Notes: generated from the sequence alone by a model not told the origin. DNA of 64,000 bases from Massalongia carnosa (GCA_965645245.1 OZ287073.1:1736001-1800000), one strand, 5' to 3'. Positions 34,808-47,451 are shown, counted from the stretch's first letter. Program-made: numbers and translations.

Positions 34808-37697
34808 CTTCTTCGACATATTTAACGTCTCTTTTCATACGCCAAATCTTCATTCATGTCTGATGCTGCCTCTTTGCTTCTGATTTCTTTAGCTTGTTTT
34901 TCTTTTGCTGCAATCATTTCTTCAGCATTCTCTTTAGTAAGTCCTAATCCTGAACCTAAGGTTCGTAATCGCTTACGAGAGGTAGATTTCTGTTTTAAGT
35001 CATCTTCTCTTCATTTCTGATATATAGATAATTGAATATCATTAAACGTAGCTTGTGTTCAAACGGTTTTTGTATCATTAACAAACGACCCAAATTGCTC
35101 TGAGCAAGTCGGGTCACTCCACAACATTCCTTGTTGAATTTTCTTCTGTCATGTTTGAAGTCCTATTTCAACATCCATTGAGGATGTTGGCAGAATATGA
35201 GGCGAGATTGGAAGAGTAGGCTCTTTTTCTTTATTGTGTAGCTTTTCTTGAGCATCAGGCGACTTGAAAGTTTTAAGCAGTGAGATGCAGTTTTTAGCAT
35301 TAACAGGCCACATTCCTGATTTCTCAAAAGCACTTCGAATAGTACATTTCTTGAAATTATTATCACGTATCTTAGTAAGATCCGCAAGAAATCGCTGTAA
35401 TGTATACTCAACATTGAATTCCAATAAAGCATCTTGAATTGTCATATCATGCCAGTGTTTATAAGGTTGAAACACTCTAACATCAAGCGGCTGCATACAG
35501 TGTGAAAGATGCGGTATAAGTGAATAAGGACGAATGTGATTTATATTAGCAAGAGCTATGAACTCAGGAGTAGAATGACTGCCACGATTATCCATGAGCA
35601 TTATTTTCCAGTCTGCTTCTGGTCCAGAGTCTGAATGATCAATATAATGCTGAAGAAACACCTGTGCTATCTTGTCAGAGGTAAATCCGTTTTCTGAAGA
35701 AATAATTCGAGTTCCCTTTGGCAGCTCTTTTGGAAACCATTCTATCATGATTTCATGCCCTTGTATAAGAATTAAAGGTGGTGGAGGATGGTCGCCCGCT
35801 GGATTGATGCATTCAAATATCGTGAGAGATTTACGATTTTCAGGACTTATCGCATAGAACTAAAATATATATTTAACTTGCCGAATAAATGAATAAGATT
35901 ATAGAATCTAACTTCTAATACGTCTGTGGGTGTCAGAATTTGATGCCCTTTCATACACCCAACACGAAAGCCTGCCTCGTCGAAATTGACAGTACTCTTC
36001 TTTGTTTTGATCTGTAACGTCTTTAAAGCTTGTCTATAATCTACAAATCATGCTTGTATATCCTTCTCTTGTGCAGCGGTGAATCGTATCATTGCTAATG
36101 GCTTAGTCTTGATCTTGTGTAGGTTATTCTTTTTCCACCATGTTCTGAACCAGCGTAGAGTAGGTCCACTCGACTCAGGATTTTGCCCGCGTTTTAAACT
36201 GACAATTGCATTGAATACAACTCCGTGCGATGGTTGAATACCCTGTGCAAGTAAGGATCGAATAAAGTGATAAATCGCTTTTACTTGATGCTCCTCAAGT
36301 ATCTTGTTTTGTCCACCTCTTGCACTTTTTGCACTGGAAGAAGATTTCATATCAGAAAAAGAAGATTTCATATCAGTCGCAATAGAGCTGTACAACGTTG
36401 TAGGCCGAATTTTGAATATCTGAGCTGCGCATGCAGTTCGTTCGTCAGGATTTTCCAACAAGAATGTTTTAGCATCGCTAATACGTGTTTGTAAGGATAC
36501 AGAATCCATTGTAGATATAGATATCAATGATTTATGATGTGATAATAATATAATAATGTGATAGTAAATCTGATAGTAATTTAAATGATGCGGTGGTGCT
36601 TTAGTGATGCTTTCCCCGACTAGCTTCTTGGAGGGAGAGGATTAAGCGAGCGACTAGCCGACGATTAATTATCCGTGTGGTTAGGGTTAGATTGTCCGGG
36701 TGGCTGATCATTAATCGTCGGCCTCGCTTAGCTGCCTCCATACGAAGTGTAATCGGGAACGTAGGCAAGCGGTCTGCGTAGTTTCAATTTCAGGGTTTGT
36801 CTAAATTCACCCATTTTATCACCTATTTTGCAGCTTTTTGCAGCTGTGGGACCATTTACAAATCCGCTATACACTATAAAATTGGGCCTCCAAGTGGAAC
36901 ACGCTTGGAAAATTACACTCCATCCATCAAAGAGATTGCAAGAATGTTGCGGAATTTATCAGCAAAATTCGCGATATTAAATCAGAAATCAGTGACCTGA
37001 AATCACCATGGATGAGGCAGTTACAATTCATACCCTTAATTCGCTAGACACTCAGTTTAAGTCTTACCTGGCCATCCTCAGTCATGAGTCGAGGGAGAAA
37101 GCAGAACTTCCAACTCTTGAGGTCTTAGCAAAGGCCTTGGAGGATGAAGAGTTACGACTAGCCAATCAGGACAAAGCGACTGCAAATTACATGCAGAAAG
37201 GAAAGAAAGGAGGAGGGGACTCCGGTAAAAAGGAAAAATCGGGGGAGAACTCCAACTCTAATAATTCTACCGACAGCAAAGACTCATATGTCTGCACCCG
37301 ATGTAAGAAAACACATGGAAAAGGTGATTGCTGGATGGAAAAGGTGGAATGTAATGGATGTGGAAAACACGGTCACATCAAGAAGTTCTGTAAAAAGAAC
37401 AAGACGAACCAGGAAAGCGAGGCGACCACCCCCGACGTAACCAACAAAGGGCTATCTTGCTTTATCAGAAAGTTCATACCGACCAATTAGATCGAAGAGA
37501 AGAAAGGAATGGGAGCTATTCATTTGACGTGTAAGTCAGTAGCCACAGATTTTCCAACAGTAAACTCCAGAGTAATCATAGACTCTTGGGCCACCGGCCA
37601 TTTCTTCTCAAACCGAGACTTCTTTTCCATCTACACGGAGTACTACCACGAGTTTCAAACTGGCTCCGGACAAGTTCTTCCTGCCTTCGGGTATGGA

Positions 37698-40600
37698 TGA
37701 TGATGATGATAAATTCTTACACCGATATGTCACCGGCCGAAGGCCGGCCCATGCGGGCGTGGTTCTATATGACTATTGTACATAGGAAAACCTTTTAAGG
37801 AATAAAAACCTAGTAACCAGAATTATCGCCTGCGGGATCCCCATGACCCCTCAGTGTACCTAATAACGTGTATCTGTGAGGTCCTTGAAAGAAAAAGGAA
37901 AAGAACGAAAGAAATGGGGAAGAAGTCAAACATTTCAAATGCTGTGTCGACGGGAACTATCCGTACAGCATGGTCGCTGCAATTGAAAACTGTTTTAGTA
38001 TATCTGCCCGCATTAACCATGCTGTCAGCTTTTTCAATTTTGCGGAATTTTCAATTATCGTGCGATAATTGTTAGTTTTCACTTGATTAAATAATTCATT
38101 TCTTCCGTCTATCAGCTGACAGTGCATGATGACGTGTTTGGCCGTCTGCCTTGGCCATCCACATATGCACGCCGGTGAGTTTACATTGGGTACCCTTCGG
38201 TTGAAAAGAAAGTTGGCTAGCCCGATTTTCTCCGTGCGAATTTGCGTTGCTAGTGAACTCTCCGCTTTTGCCAAATTGCTGTGAATTTTTAATCTCTTTT
38301 TGGCAAGCGAAGCTTGTTGAGCCTCGGTGGGGAGTGGAATGCGATTTTGATAAGTCGCCCATGTTGACTTCCATATTTTCATATGATGCTCCATGAGCCG
38401 CGTATGATGTGCCCGTTGGGCCGTTCGCGCTTCTCTCAGCTCCTTGAGATATTCTGGACTGGCCTCGTACCACGGGGGCGCGGAAGGGGTAATCTGACGG
38501 CGGCCTCTCCATTTAACATTGCCTTGGCCCATGTGTGTTTCAGTTCTCCGGGTGTTGGCGGTGGAGTTTTTCTTCGACCCGCTCTTTCCCGTAGCTTATT
38601 AGCTATTATCTTGTATGCGGAGTTAGCGAGTGCTTTTTGCCCCGTGATTCGTAGTCGATATCTGGCTTTAGCCTGCAGTTGATCCAAATACACATCTATT
38701 GGGGCTATGTGTGTTTCTGCCTCCAGCACCGGTATCGGGGTAGCCTTGAACGCTCCGGTGACTGTGTGTAGGCATCTGTTCTGAATGACCGCCAATTTGG
38801 ACGTTATAGATTTATTTCTATTTACGTCTTTCGGGGTGTGCCAGACGATTGAACCATATGTCATGGCCGGCCGCACCACCGCCGTGTATACTTGCCTTGC
38901 CCTAGCGAACGAAGCTCCCCAGGTAGACGTGGAGATTTTTGTTAAGGCCATGCTCTGCTTGACCATCTTCTCCTGCGTTTTCCGTATGTGAGCACCCCAC
39001 TTAAGTTTAGTATCTATTTGAAGACCGAGTATTCTTATATCCGTTTTTGGTTTGATTAAGCTGTTTTCTATATTAATAGTAGCCGTCATATCAAATTTCT
39101 TTGGATTTCTAGATAAATGAATAAGCTCGTACTTAGTCGGAGCAAATAAGGATCCGTGCTGTAGAGCCCATCTTTCACATTCTCTGTGAATTCTTTCTAG
39201 CGTTCTGCAATTTTCTTGCGTGCTTTTCCCATATGCTAGTACATTGATGTCATCGACGAATCCGAGTCCGCTCGTTTTCGTGCCGGGCCTGTTACATATG
39301 TCTAGTAAATCCGCATTATAGAACAAATACAGAATGGGAGAGATGGGTGAACCTTGCGGAATTCCGGTTCTCGCATCAAACTCGTCGGTGGTTCGTCGGT
39401 TGATCGTAAGAGTGGTCCTTCTGTTTTTCAAAAGCATTCTATCCAGTTGGTGACCCACTGGAATTTTTCTTCTTCGAAGATTGTGGATCAGTCTTTGATG
39501 CGAAACCGTGTCGTACGCGCCGGCCACGTCCATGCTGAGCAGCGTGGCAACTTTATCATTACCTTGACCCCACACTGTGTGAATCTGTTCGGTTAACAGC
39601 TCTAGTGCTGACTCGGTGGACCTTTCCCGTCTGGCTCCCATCTGGGTGCCTGGTAGTAACTCGTGCTTTTCGGCCATGTGAGTGATCTTGCTTGCCATGA
39701 TGGCTTCCATCACCTTGCCTAGCGTATTCAGCAGTGCTATCGGGCGATAGGCCTTCGGCGTTTCGTAATTGTCTTTGCCCGCCTTTTTCAGCGTTATCGT
39801 GTGCGCTGTTCTGAATGCTCGCGGGTGATATCCCAGATTTACGCACGCCTGAAATAGAGGAGTTAACAACTCTGTCAGCGTCTCAGAGCACGCTTTGAGA
39901 ACTCTGTTGGGTATGCCATCCGGTCCAGGAGCCGTGTCGGGTTTGAGGCGTAGAATGTTCGTGAGCACCTCTTTCTTCGTTATGACTGTTGGGCACTCCG
40001 AGGCTGCCGGATAGACCGACCCGGGTATGTCCTGTATATCCGCCGGAGGCGGAGCAGGAAAGAAGATGCCTTTCAGCATTTCAGCCTTCTCTTCGAAGGT
40101 GTTCGCGCTGTGATTGTTGAAAGTCAGTGTTGGCATTTTTGGTGTTTCGCGCGCCTTGTGACTCTTGTCCTTTGCCCATTTCGCCAGCCGCCATATGCCC
40201 TGAGATGATTCAGACGCTTTACTGATCTCGTTTCGGAATGACAATATTTTGGCTTTCTTGATTATCTTTTGCTTTTTGTCATTCGATTTCATGTACGTTT
40301 TCCAGTCATTGAGATTTCGAGAGGCTGTCCAAATTTTTCGAATTCTGCGTGTTTCTCTCATGGCGTTGTTGCAGTCCTCGTTCCAGAATGGTTTTGCATA
40401 AGCACTAGGCCTTGCCCATGGAACGGCCGCAGATATTATTTCATGTAAGAACTTTTGTATTTTATCCGTCTGTCGATCAATCTCCTCCACTGTGCAAGGA
40501 AGTGTTATCGGGGGAGCGTTGCATTCTGCTGTTCTCAACTTTTCCATGTTCAGCAGCTTCCAGGCTCTGCGTTTTGTCTGTATTAGTGTCTCACTTTCCA

Positions 40601-41573
40601 AAGAGATGCGGGAGGATATCGGAATGTGATCGGATGACTGATTGAGTTCTGGTCTTGACATGCAGTGAATTAGCCTCTCTGTTAGGAATTCTGACATGAA
40701 AACCAAATCGATGGTGCTGAATGAGTTTCGGGCTTCCCATGTGACGGTTCCATTGGGCAGGGTTAGCGACAGATTGGCTTCATCGACTTTATCTAGCAGC
40801 TGATCCGCGGCTGCGTGTTGCGTGGGTCTGGTGGCTCCATTCCAGAAAGGATGGTGTAGATTAAAATCCCCGAGTAAGATGTGATGAGCGTCGGCGGAGA
40901 GCTGGCGTTGAGCATCTGGGAGGGTGGAGGGGCTGTCTCTTGAAGAATATGAGGTGGGTGATGGATTATAGACGTTGTGTATTTCCTTGTGGCTTCCGTC
41001 ATTCTCGCGGGGGTGCAATATCAATGTGCATATGCCAGCGGTTGGAAATTCTACTTTTCAGCTTTCCGGATCTATTTTATCGTTGATGTAGAAGCACACT
41101 CTCGTGTCACCTCCTGGCCGATAGAGTAGATGAAAGCCGCTTTGATGCGGGCTGAGCGTGGTCGCAGCGTGGGGTTTGCGCCACGGCTCTTGGATTGCTA
41201 TGATGTCGTAGTCCTGTATATTTGAATCCGCTAGCAATGGTATCATAGTACTTACGCGATCATTTCTGACATTGTACTGTAGGATGCTAATTGATTTTTT
41301 GTCCTTCATAAAGCTTCATCCATGTCTCTCGAGGGAGTCGTTTTCGATTGGGTAGGGATTTGTACTTCCAAGTGGGCCCCTTGCGGAGCGGTCGCGGTGG
41401 GATGGTGGGTGGGGGGCGGAGCGGTTAGGGTGACTGCTGGTTTGGATGGGAGAGGGATGGGAGGAGATAGGGTAGTAGGGGGGCAGGGGGCACTATTGAC
41501 AGCGTTGGGGGGTCTACCCAGAGTGGGCTTCACCATCGCCCTTATTCTGTTTGCCGGGTTCATGATCTCGATG
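37698..41573 (-). mobile_element. Tad1-like LINE, 5'-truncated (ORF1 tail 41563-41306, ORF2 41309-37957 with few lesions)
   Basis: 13-bp TSD CTTCGGGTATGGA (37685-37697 / 41574-41586) and a (CAT)n tail. APE, RT (FVDD) and C-terminal CICG..HVIMHC motifs. Removal restores the copia frame PAFGYGDAVLKM. Confidence 0.96.
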
Positions 41574-44500
41574 CTTCGGGTATGGAGACGCAGTTCTAAA
41601 AATGATACAGGGGGATAATTCCATAAACATCTTCACTGTAAAGAACGTCAGCTGGGCACCAGACCTCGGCCATAATTTACTGAGCACTATTCCCCTTGCT
41701 ATTAAAGGAGTGGAAGTGTTTATGAGACAGGCGGGTGTTGCTACTCGAATAATTCATGAAAACAAAATTCATGGACTTGCTGACATTATCGATCGTCAAT
41801 ATGTTCTTCGGATAAAAACCCCGGAGGTGATGATCCAGACGAATTTTGCAAACACTAAAACCAGTGGTGAATGCGATCAAACCAACCATCGAGATATGGC
41901 ACCGAAGAATGGGCCATCTTGGTTATCGAAACGTCCTCAAACTTCCACAAATAGCTGAAGGAATTGACGTGAAAGGACCTGCCCCGGAGGAAATTTGTGG
42001 GCCCTGCATGAAGGGTAGACAGCAACGAAAGCCGGCACGAACTCCCATGCCTCGGGCTTCAAAATTTCTGGAAGAGGTCCATAGTGATTTGGGAGGTCCA
42101 TACCCGGCCTCTCGAAACGGATTACAATATTACATAGCTTTCGAAGATGATGCCACTGGAACGTACCATGTTTATGCGATGAAACTGAAGAGTCAGGCCT
42201 TTGAGAAGGCAAAGGAATATATTGAATGGGCGTCTCAGGAAACTGGCATGCAGATGGGAGCAATCCATACAGATGAGGGAGGTGAATATGACAATGAAGC
42301 CTTTCAGGACTATCTTAAGAAACATCACATCAAATGGAAATGTAGTGCCCCATACACACCTGAACAAAATGGAAAGGCCGAACGACTGAATTATACCCTT
42401 ATGAGCTCAGTTTGGTCCATCTTATCAGCAATGAAATTACCGAAGGGCCTATGGCCTGAAATTATCAAAGCAGTGTGTTATCTCAAAAACAGAAGCCCCA
42501 ACACGGACGGAGTGACACCATACCAGAAGCCCAATGACAAAAAGCCCAACCTCAGTCATTTGAGGGTGTTGGGTGCACGTGCTTGGGTTCATATTCCCAA
42601 GGAAAAGAGAAAGAAGCTAGATAAACGGTCCTGGCAGGGCATCCATGTGGGCTATGAAGGCACCAATCAGTACCGGATATATGACCCCTGCACAGGCAAG
42701 GTTCACGTTACTAGAGACGTAACAATTGATGAATAGAACCTATTCGATCGAAAAGCTTATAAATCGAACGAGCTTGTTGATGACGAGTGGGCACAGACGG
42801 ACGATGACCAGTTCGGAAATCCAGACGATTTTGACGACGAGGTAAACAACAAATCCGAGGATAATCAGACTCCTTGGTTCATCAAACCTCATCTTCCTAC
42901 ACCCCCAGACACTCCTCCAAACATGGGACATTCAGACCAAATCCTGTGGGAGCTTCTCAACAAACACGGCCAGAAGGGGGAGGAAATGCCGAAGATAATT
43001 ATGATAGTCTTTATGATAGTCACAACGAAGTGACCCTTGACACCGACCATGACGCTCAGGAAGATCGTAATTCTTCCACCATCTCATCTGACCATGTTCC
43101 ATTGAGAAGATCCAAACGAGCACCCGTCAAACGTACGAATTATCCTGATGAAATTATCTATGGTTTTGGTAAAATACCGAAACGGACTGAAGAAAACAAA
43201 ATTTTTGATAATAAAGGCAACGCTTTTGACCCAAATCATTCAGGGGTAAGGTCCTATTTTACTGATACAAACGTGGCTAAATCCCACATTCATATGATGA
43301 AAGCATTGACAATACTAGCCAACAACATTGACACAGAAGGGCCAGACGAACCCCTTTCGCTCAAAGAAGCTATGGCCAGACCTGCTTGGCCCAAATGGTT
43401 GATAGCAATGCAGACTGAAATTGCATCTCACACCGAAAATGGTACGTGGGAGCCGACCGAAGCACCAAAGGACCGTCGGGTAATCACCGGCAGGTGGGTG
43501 TTTAAATTGAAGAAAGACCGACACGGAAATATACTGAAATATAAGGCAAGGTGGGTGGTCCATGGCTATAAGCAAGAAGAAGGCTTGGACTACATCGACA
43601 CCTTTGCTGCAGTTGTCAAACCGATGTCATACAAAGCAATGATGGGTGTTGGGGTCAAACGAGGGTTTATTATCCGTCACATGGATGTTGTGACTGCCTT
43701 TCTTTATGGCTACCTCGACGAGTTGATCTATGTTGAACAACCTCATCTATTCATTACCAACCCGCACCTGGTCTGTAAGCTTATCAAAGCACTTTATGGA
43801 CTGAAACAATCTCCTCAGGTGTGGTATCAGACCCTTATTGATTTCCTGAAGAAACTAGGATTTCATCGCTTGGAACTTGATCATGGAGTGTTTGTTTCTG
43901 ATGACAAGAAGCAATTCATAGCTATTTATGTTGACGACCTACTACTCTTTGGGGCGGACATACCCCGTCTCTAGTTCATACAAAAGGAACTCTCTGACCG
44001 ATTCAAAATGACGGACCTGGGTGACGTGTCCCACTATTTGGGAATGGAAATTGACGTTGACGTGGGAAAAACCATAACCCTTCGACAAACCACCTACCTT
44101 AAGAAGGTCCTGCCACGTTTCAGAATGACCGACTGCAAATCATCCTCCATACCAATGGATCCGGGAGTAGCAAGCTCCCTTCTACCCTCAAAACAGGTGG
44201 CGGACAAAGCCACTGTGGCCTGGTATCAGTCAGCAATTAGGTCACTGATGTGGCCAGCAGTCCACACCCGACCCGACATCTCTTATTCTGTGGGAGTCCT
44301 CAGCCGCTATTGTAGCAACCCCGGATCCACCCACATACAACTAGTTAAATAAATCTTCCGTTATTTAGCGGGGACACTGACCATAGGACTGACATTTTCG
44401 GCTGACTCTCTGGATGAACTAATTGGATACACTGACTCTGATTCGGCGGGGGCCGTAGATGGAAGAAAGTCGACCGGTGGGTATGTTTGGATGCTCTCAG

Positions 44501-44944
44501 GCAGTCCAATCTCCCATCAATGAAAACAACAACCGACCGTTACCCTGTCATCTTGTGAGGCTGAATACATGGCCATCACCGAGGCGGGCAAGGAGGCCTT
44601 ATGGTGCACTCGTTTCCTCGAGGCCCTTGGTCATCGACGACCCGACCAAGCAGCCGACCTCCGAGCAGATAACAAAGGGGCGATTGACCTCACCGCCAAC
44701 CCGGAGTGCCATAAACGAACAAAACATATCGATGTACGACATCATTGGATTCGGGAAGTTGTACTAGACCGAAAGATCATCATCTCATACATTTCAACGA
44801 ACGAAATGGTAGCAGATGGTATGACAAAGCCGCTACCGCCAGCGAAGTTCAAGGCCTTCAGGGCCATGATGGGCATGAGGTGGTGGAGGACAAAAAATCC
44901 GAATAGCATCAACCTTCAGGGCAGACACCATGCCTAAGTGGGAG

Positions 44945-45139
44945 TGTTGGTGTTATGCTAAAATGTTAGCCTAACGGACAAGGTTAGGCAACTGGTGACT
45001 GCTTAACCGGAATAGGCTTAGCGTAGATTAGCCAGTGGGAGTTCATAAACACCCACGATAGATAATAATCGAAATTATCCCTTCCAAATATTCGTATTAT
45101 GCACTAAGGTGATCAATTCTCCCTCCAATAAGCATCAAC
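44945..45139 (+). repeat. 3' LTR of the copia element (~195 bp; right end uncertain)
   Basis: Begins TGTTGG directly after the purine-rich tract AAGTGGGAG that follows the pol stop. Pogo C coding sequence resumes right after it. No partner LTR in the window. Confidence 0.65.
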
Positions 45140-45815
45140 GCCGCCGGTCATCAAACACCTTCTCCCGGTTTAATCATGCAAGGTCGTAGAATAATGCAGA
45201 ACTGGTTCCAAGAAGGGCTGCCCACGGAGACTCTGATTGAAGTATCAGAAAGTGGGTTCATCACCGATGAAATAGCCATTGAATTTTTGAAGCATTTCAT
45301 TGCGAATACAAACTCGGGGCCTACAAAGCAGTAGAAATTGATGCTCATGGATAATCATGGGACTCATTGCACTCCTGAGTTTATAAAGCTTGCCAATAAA
45401 AATCACATTCGCCCTCTCCCCCTGATACCACATCTGACTCATTGTATGCAACCCCTTGATGTGAGCGTATTTCAACCCTATAAGCATTGGCATGATACCG
45501 TAAGGCTATCCAAGATGTCCTTGCAGAATTCAATACTGAGAATAATGAGAATGATGAGGGTGATGAGGGTGATGAGGGTGATGAGGATGAGCAGTTTAAC
45601 TTTTATCAAGGGGGCTATCGTCAGACTAGGAGTTACTATTAGAACGCGCAATGATATATATCTACTTATTAATAATATTTGCAAATGAGGTTGAAAATAA
45701 AGCAAATGGAGGTTGCAAATCATGATGAGACGGCGTCGCAAATAAGTTGTAAATCCTGAAATTGAAACTACGCAGACCGCTTGCCTACGCAGACCGCTTT
45801 CCCCGGCTAGAGGTG

Positions 45816-47127
45816 CACGCCCCTGAAAAAAAAACTGTCAACGTGTAAGCGAGCTTACCCAACTAAATTTTACCCCTTTTTATCAACATTTCACCTTTAC
45901 ATTGCGATAACCAGTCAATTGAAAGCTATTTACATCAAATTAATGACCAGTCATGGCCCCCTCAGCTGAGATGACGTCCTTTAGCCGTTGAGGCATTGAT
46001 CGTACTCTCTCATTAATAAACTCCTGACTGACTGTCGCCCAGCCCTCACAAATCAATGCTTTTAAGCTCGCTTGGTCCCAATGAGGATACTTTTTAATAT
46101 GCTTGTGGGCTGCCAGCTGTTTTCAATAGGAGCCAAATCAGGGGAAGAAGAGCAGTTGAAATAATGCTTTAAACGATGATCCTCCTTCCATTTCTTGACT
46201 GCGTTTCTCGTCCTGCCTGTGCCATGCCCGGAATCACCATCTTCTTCGAGCACAAAATCATCCCCTCGCTCTAGCCACGGCTTGACAACGGGCTCAAGTA
46301 TTGAGTTAATGTATACTTGATGCGTCATCTTGCCATTGCTGTTGCCCGGCACTTCGTAGAATATAATATCCGACTTGAAGTTGTAGCCTACAGCCGCCCA
46401 GCAATGCAGTCTCTTTCGATCTTTCTCCGCTGGCGCATCACGATGTTGTATAAAATCCCATCTATAGCGTGTGCCTGGCTGACGTATGATGCATAATTTG
46501 CCCTCGGGCCCGTAGGAGAAATGAACTTCGTCACTAAATCGTACTCGATACCAATCTTCTGGTTTAGGATATTTGGCCAGCATTATATGAGCGTATTCCA
46601 CCCGTTTTTGCATAGGAGGGTCGGCCAGCCATCCTTTGACGCAGGCTAGACATTTCTCGTAATTCAATGCAGCACGTAGCACGTTATGCATTGTACGACC
46701 CACAACATCTGCTTCAACTTCCATCGCAACTTGTTCCCATGTCAAGCGTTTTCCTTCGAGTTGTAGCTCATCTTCCTGAAGCAGCTGATCAGCCTCTCGT
46801 ACTTGCTCGTCTGTGATTTTTGATCGTCTTCCTCGCGTTTCTATAAGCTCTGTATGATGACGAGTACGTGTCGAAGCTCCTTTGCGAATAATTCTGTAGC
46901 CAGCTCGTTCCGAAACGCCATACTTCTTGAAAAGATTTCGTGGATCATGTACGATGCCTTCATCAAGAAGATATTCATGAATTCCTTGAAGTTTAGCTCG
47001 AATGGGAGTATCGTAGTGAGTTGCACGTTGCTTACGAGGCATGTTGGTGTGGATGGTTGATGAAAAGGGGGGGATTTTAATGGGGTAAAGTCGCCTACAC
47101 GTTTCCAGTTTTTTTTTCAGGGGCGTG
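45816..47127 (-). mobile_element. Tc1/IS630-type DNA transposon D (DD38E transposase 47042-45940, one frameshift near 46105) with CACGC termini and 5-bp TSD
   Basis: 37-bp TIRs CACGCCCCTGAAAAAAAAACTG(TC/GA)AACGTGTA(A/G)GCGA (34/37 identical) with direct repeat AGGTG on both flanks. Motifs VRFSDEVHF, CWAAVG, LEEDGDSGH, SPDLAPIEN. Confidence 0.93.
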
Positions 47128-47451
47128 AGGTGGTACACCTCGTGTGGAGGCAGCTAAGCGAGGCCGACGATTAGTTAAAAAGAACGCGAAGGATCCGCTG
47201 TTGTGAGTCACTGAACCAAGACGTCTTCTTTCTACAATCTTATAAAAGCTAACGGAGTTGATATTTTTCAGCGACATGAATCTGCTTTTACGGACTGCTG
47301 CCTAAAATTTTGTTAACAAGAATTCTGCTTCGCATTGCGGCTCATTATAAACCTTCTACAACTAAAATCTTTGCATCAATTCTTTATAACTAAGCCATTT
47401 TTTTTGTATTGACGGCCGATTTGTATTCTACCTTCTTTTTGCGGACTTTAG

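Larger units (their letters stand above)
27090..36665 (-). mobile_element. Pogo/Fot1-like DNA transposon A (defective transposase ~36509 to ~27320), split by a LINE insertion
   Basis: Perfect 43-bp TIRs ATCGTCGGCTAGTCGCTCGCTTAATCCTCTCCCTCCAAGAAGC (27090-27132 / 36623-36665), TA on both sides, and a second subterminal inverted repeat (~27208-27255 / ~36562-36609). DDE_1 motifs NFDEAGF, LMDNRGSH, QPLDV. The frame is continuous across the LINE once the TSD is removed. Confidence 0.95.
36880..45139 (+). mobile_element. Ty1/copia LTR retrotransposon, defective (5' LTR and gag start deleted), split by a LINE; left end approximate
   Basis: Domain order: gag zinc knuckle (CNGCGKHGHIKKFC), protease (IIDSWAT), GAG-pre-integrase (WHRRMGH), integrase (VHSDL, TDEGGEY, NGKAER), RT (KARWVV, MDVVTAFL, YVDD), RNase H (EAEY, DNKGA, ADGMTK). 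Several in-frame stops. Confidence 0.95.
36714..47171 (+). mobile_element. Pogo/Fot1-like DNA transposon C, related to A; hosts copia, LINE and Tc1-like insertions; transposase remnant ~45135-45640
   Basis: 38-bp TIRs ATCGTCGGCCTCGCTTAGCTGCCTCCA(T/C)ACGA(A/G)GTGTA with TA flanks. Subterminal inverted repeat CGTAGGCAAGCGGTCTGCGTAGTTTCAATTTCAGG (~36760-36795 / ~45754-45789). Remnant motifs LMDNHGTH and QPLDVSVF. Confidence 0.92.

Noticed and set aside
36678..36690. GGTTAGGGTTAG telomere-like sequence between elements A and C
   Set aside because: Fewer than two full units; expected by chance.
45808..47135. Reading element D as an ordinary TA-flanked Tc1 (TA at 45808-45809 and 47134-47135)
   Set aside because: The outer 6 bp would not be inverted repeats, AGGTG is a direct repeat, and the second copy has no TA at the equivalent position. 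Disfavoured but not excluded: TA removal also fits the host's left TIR.
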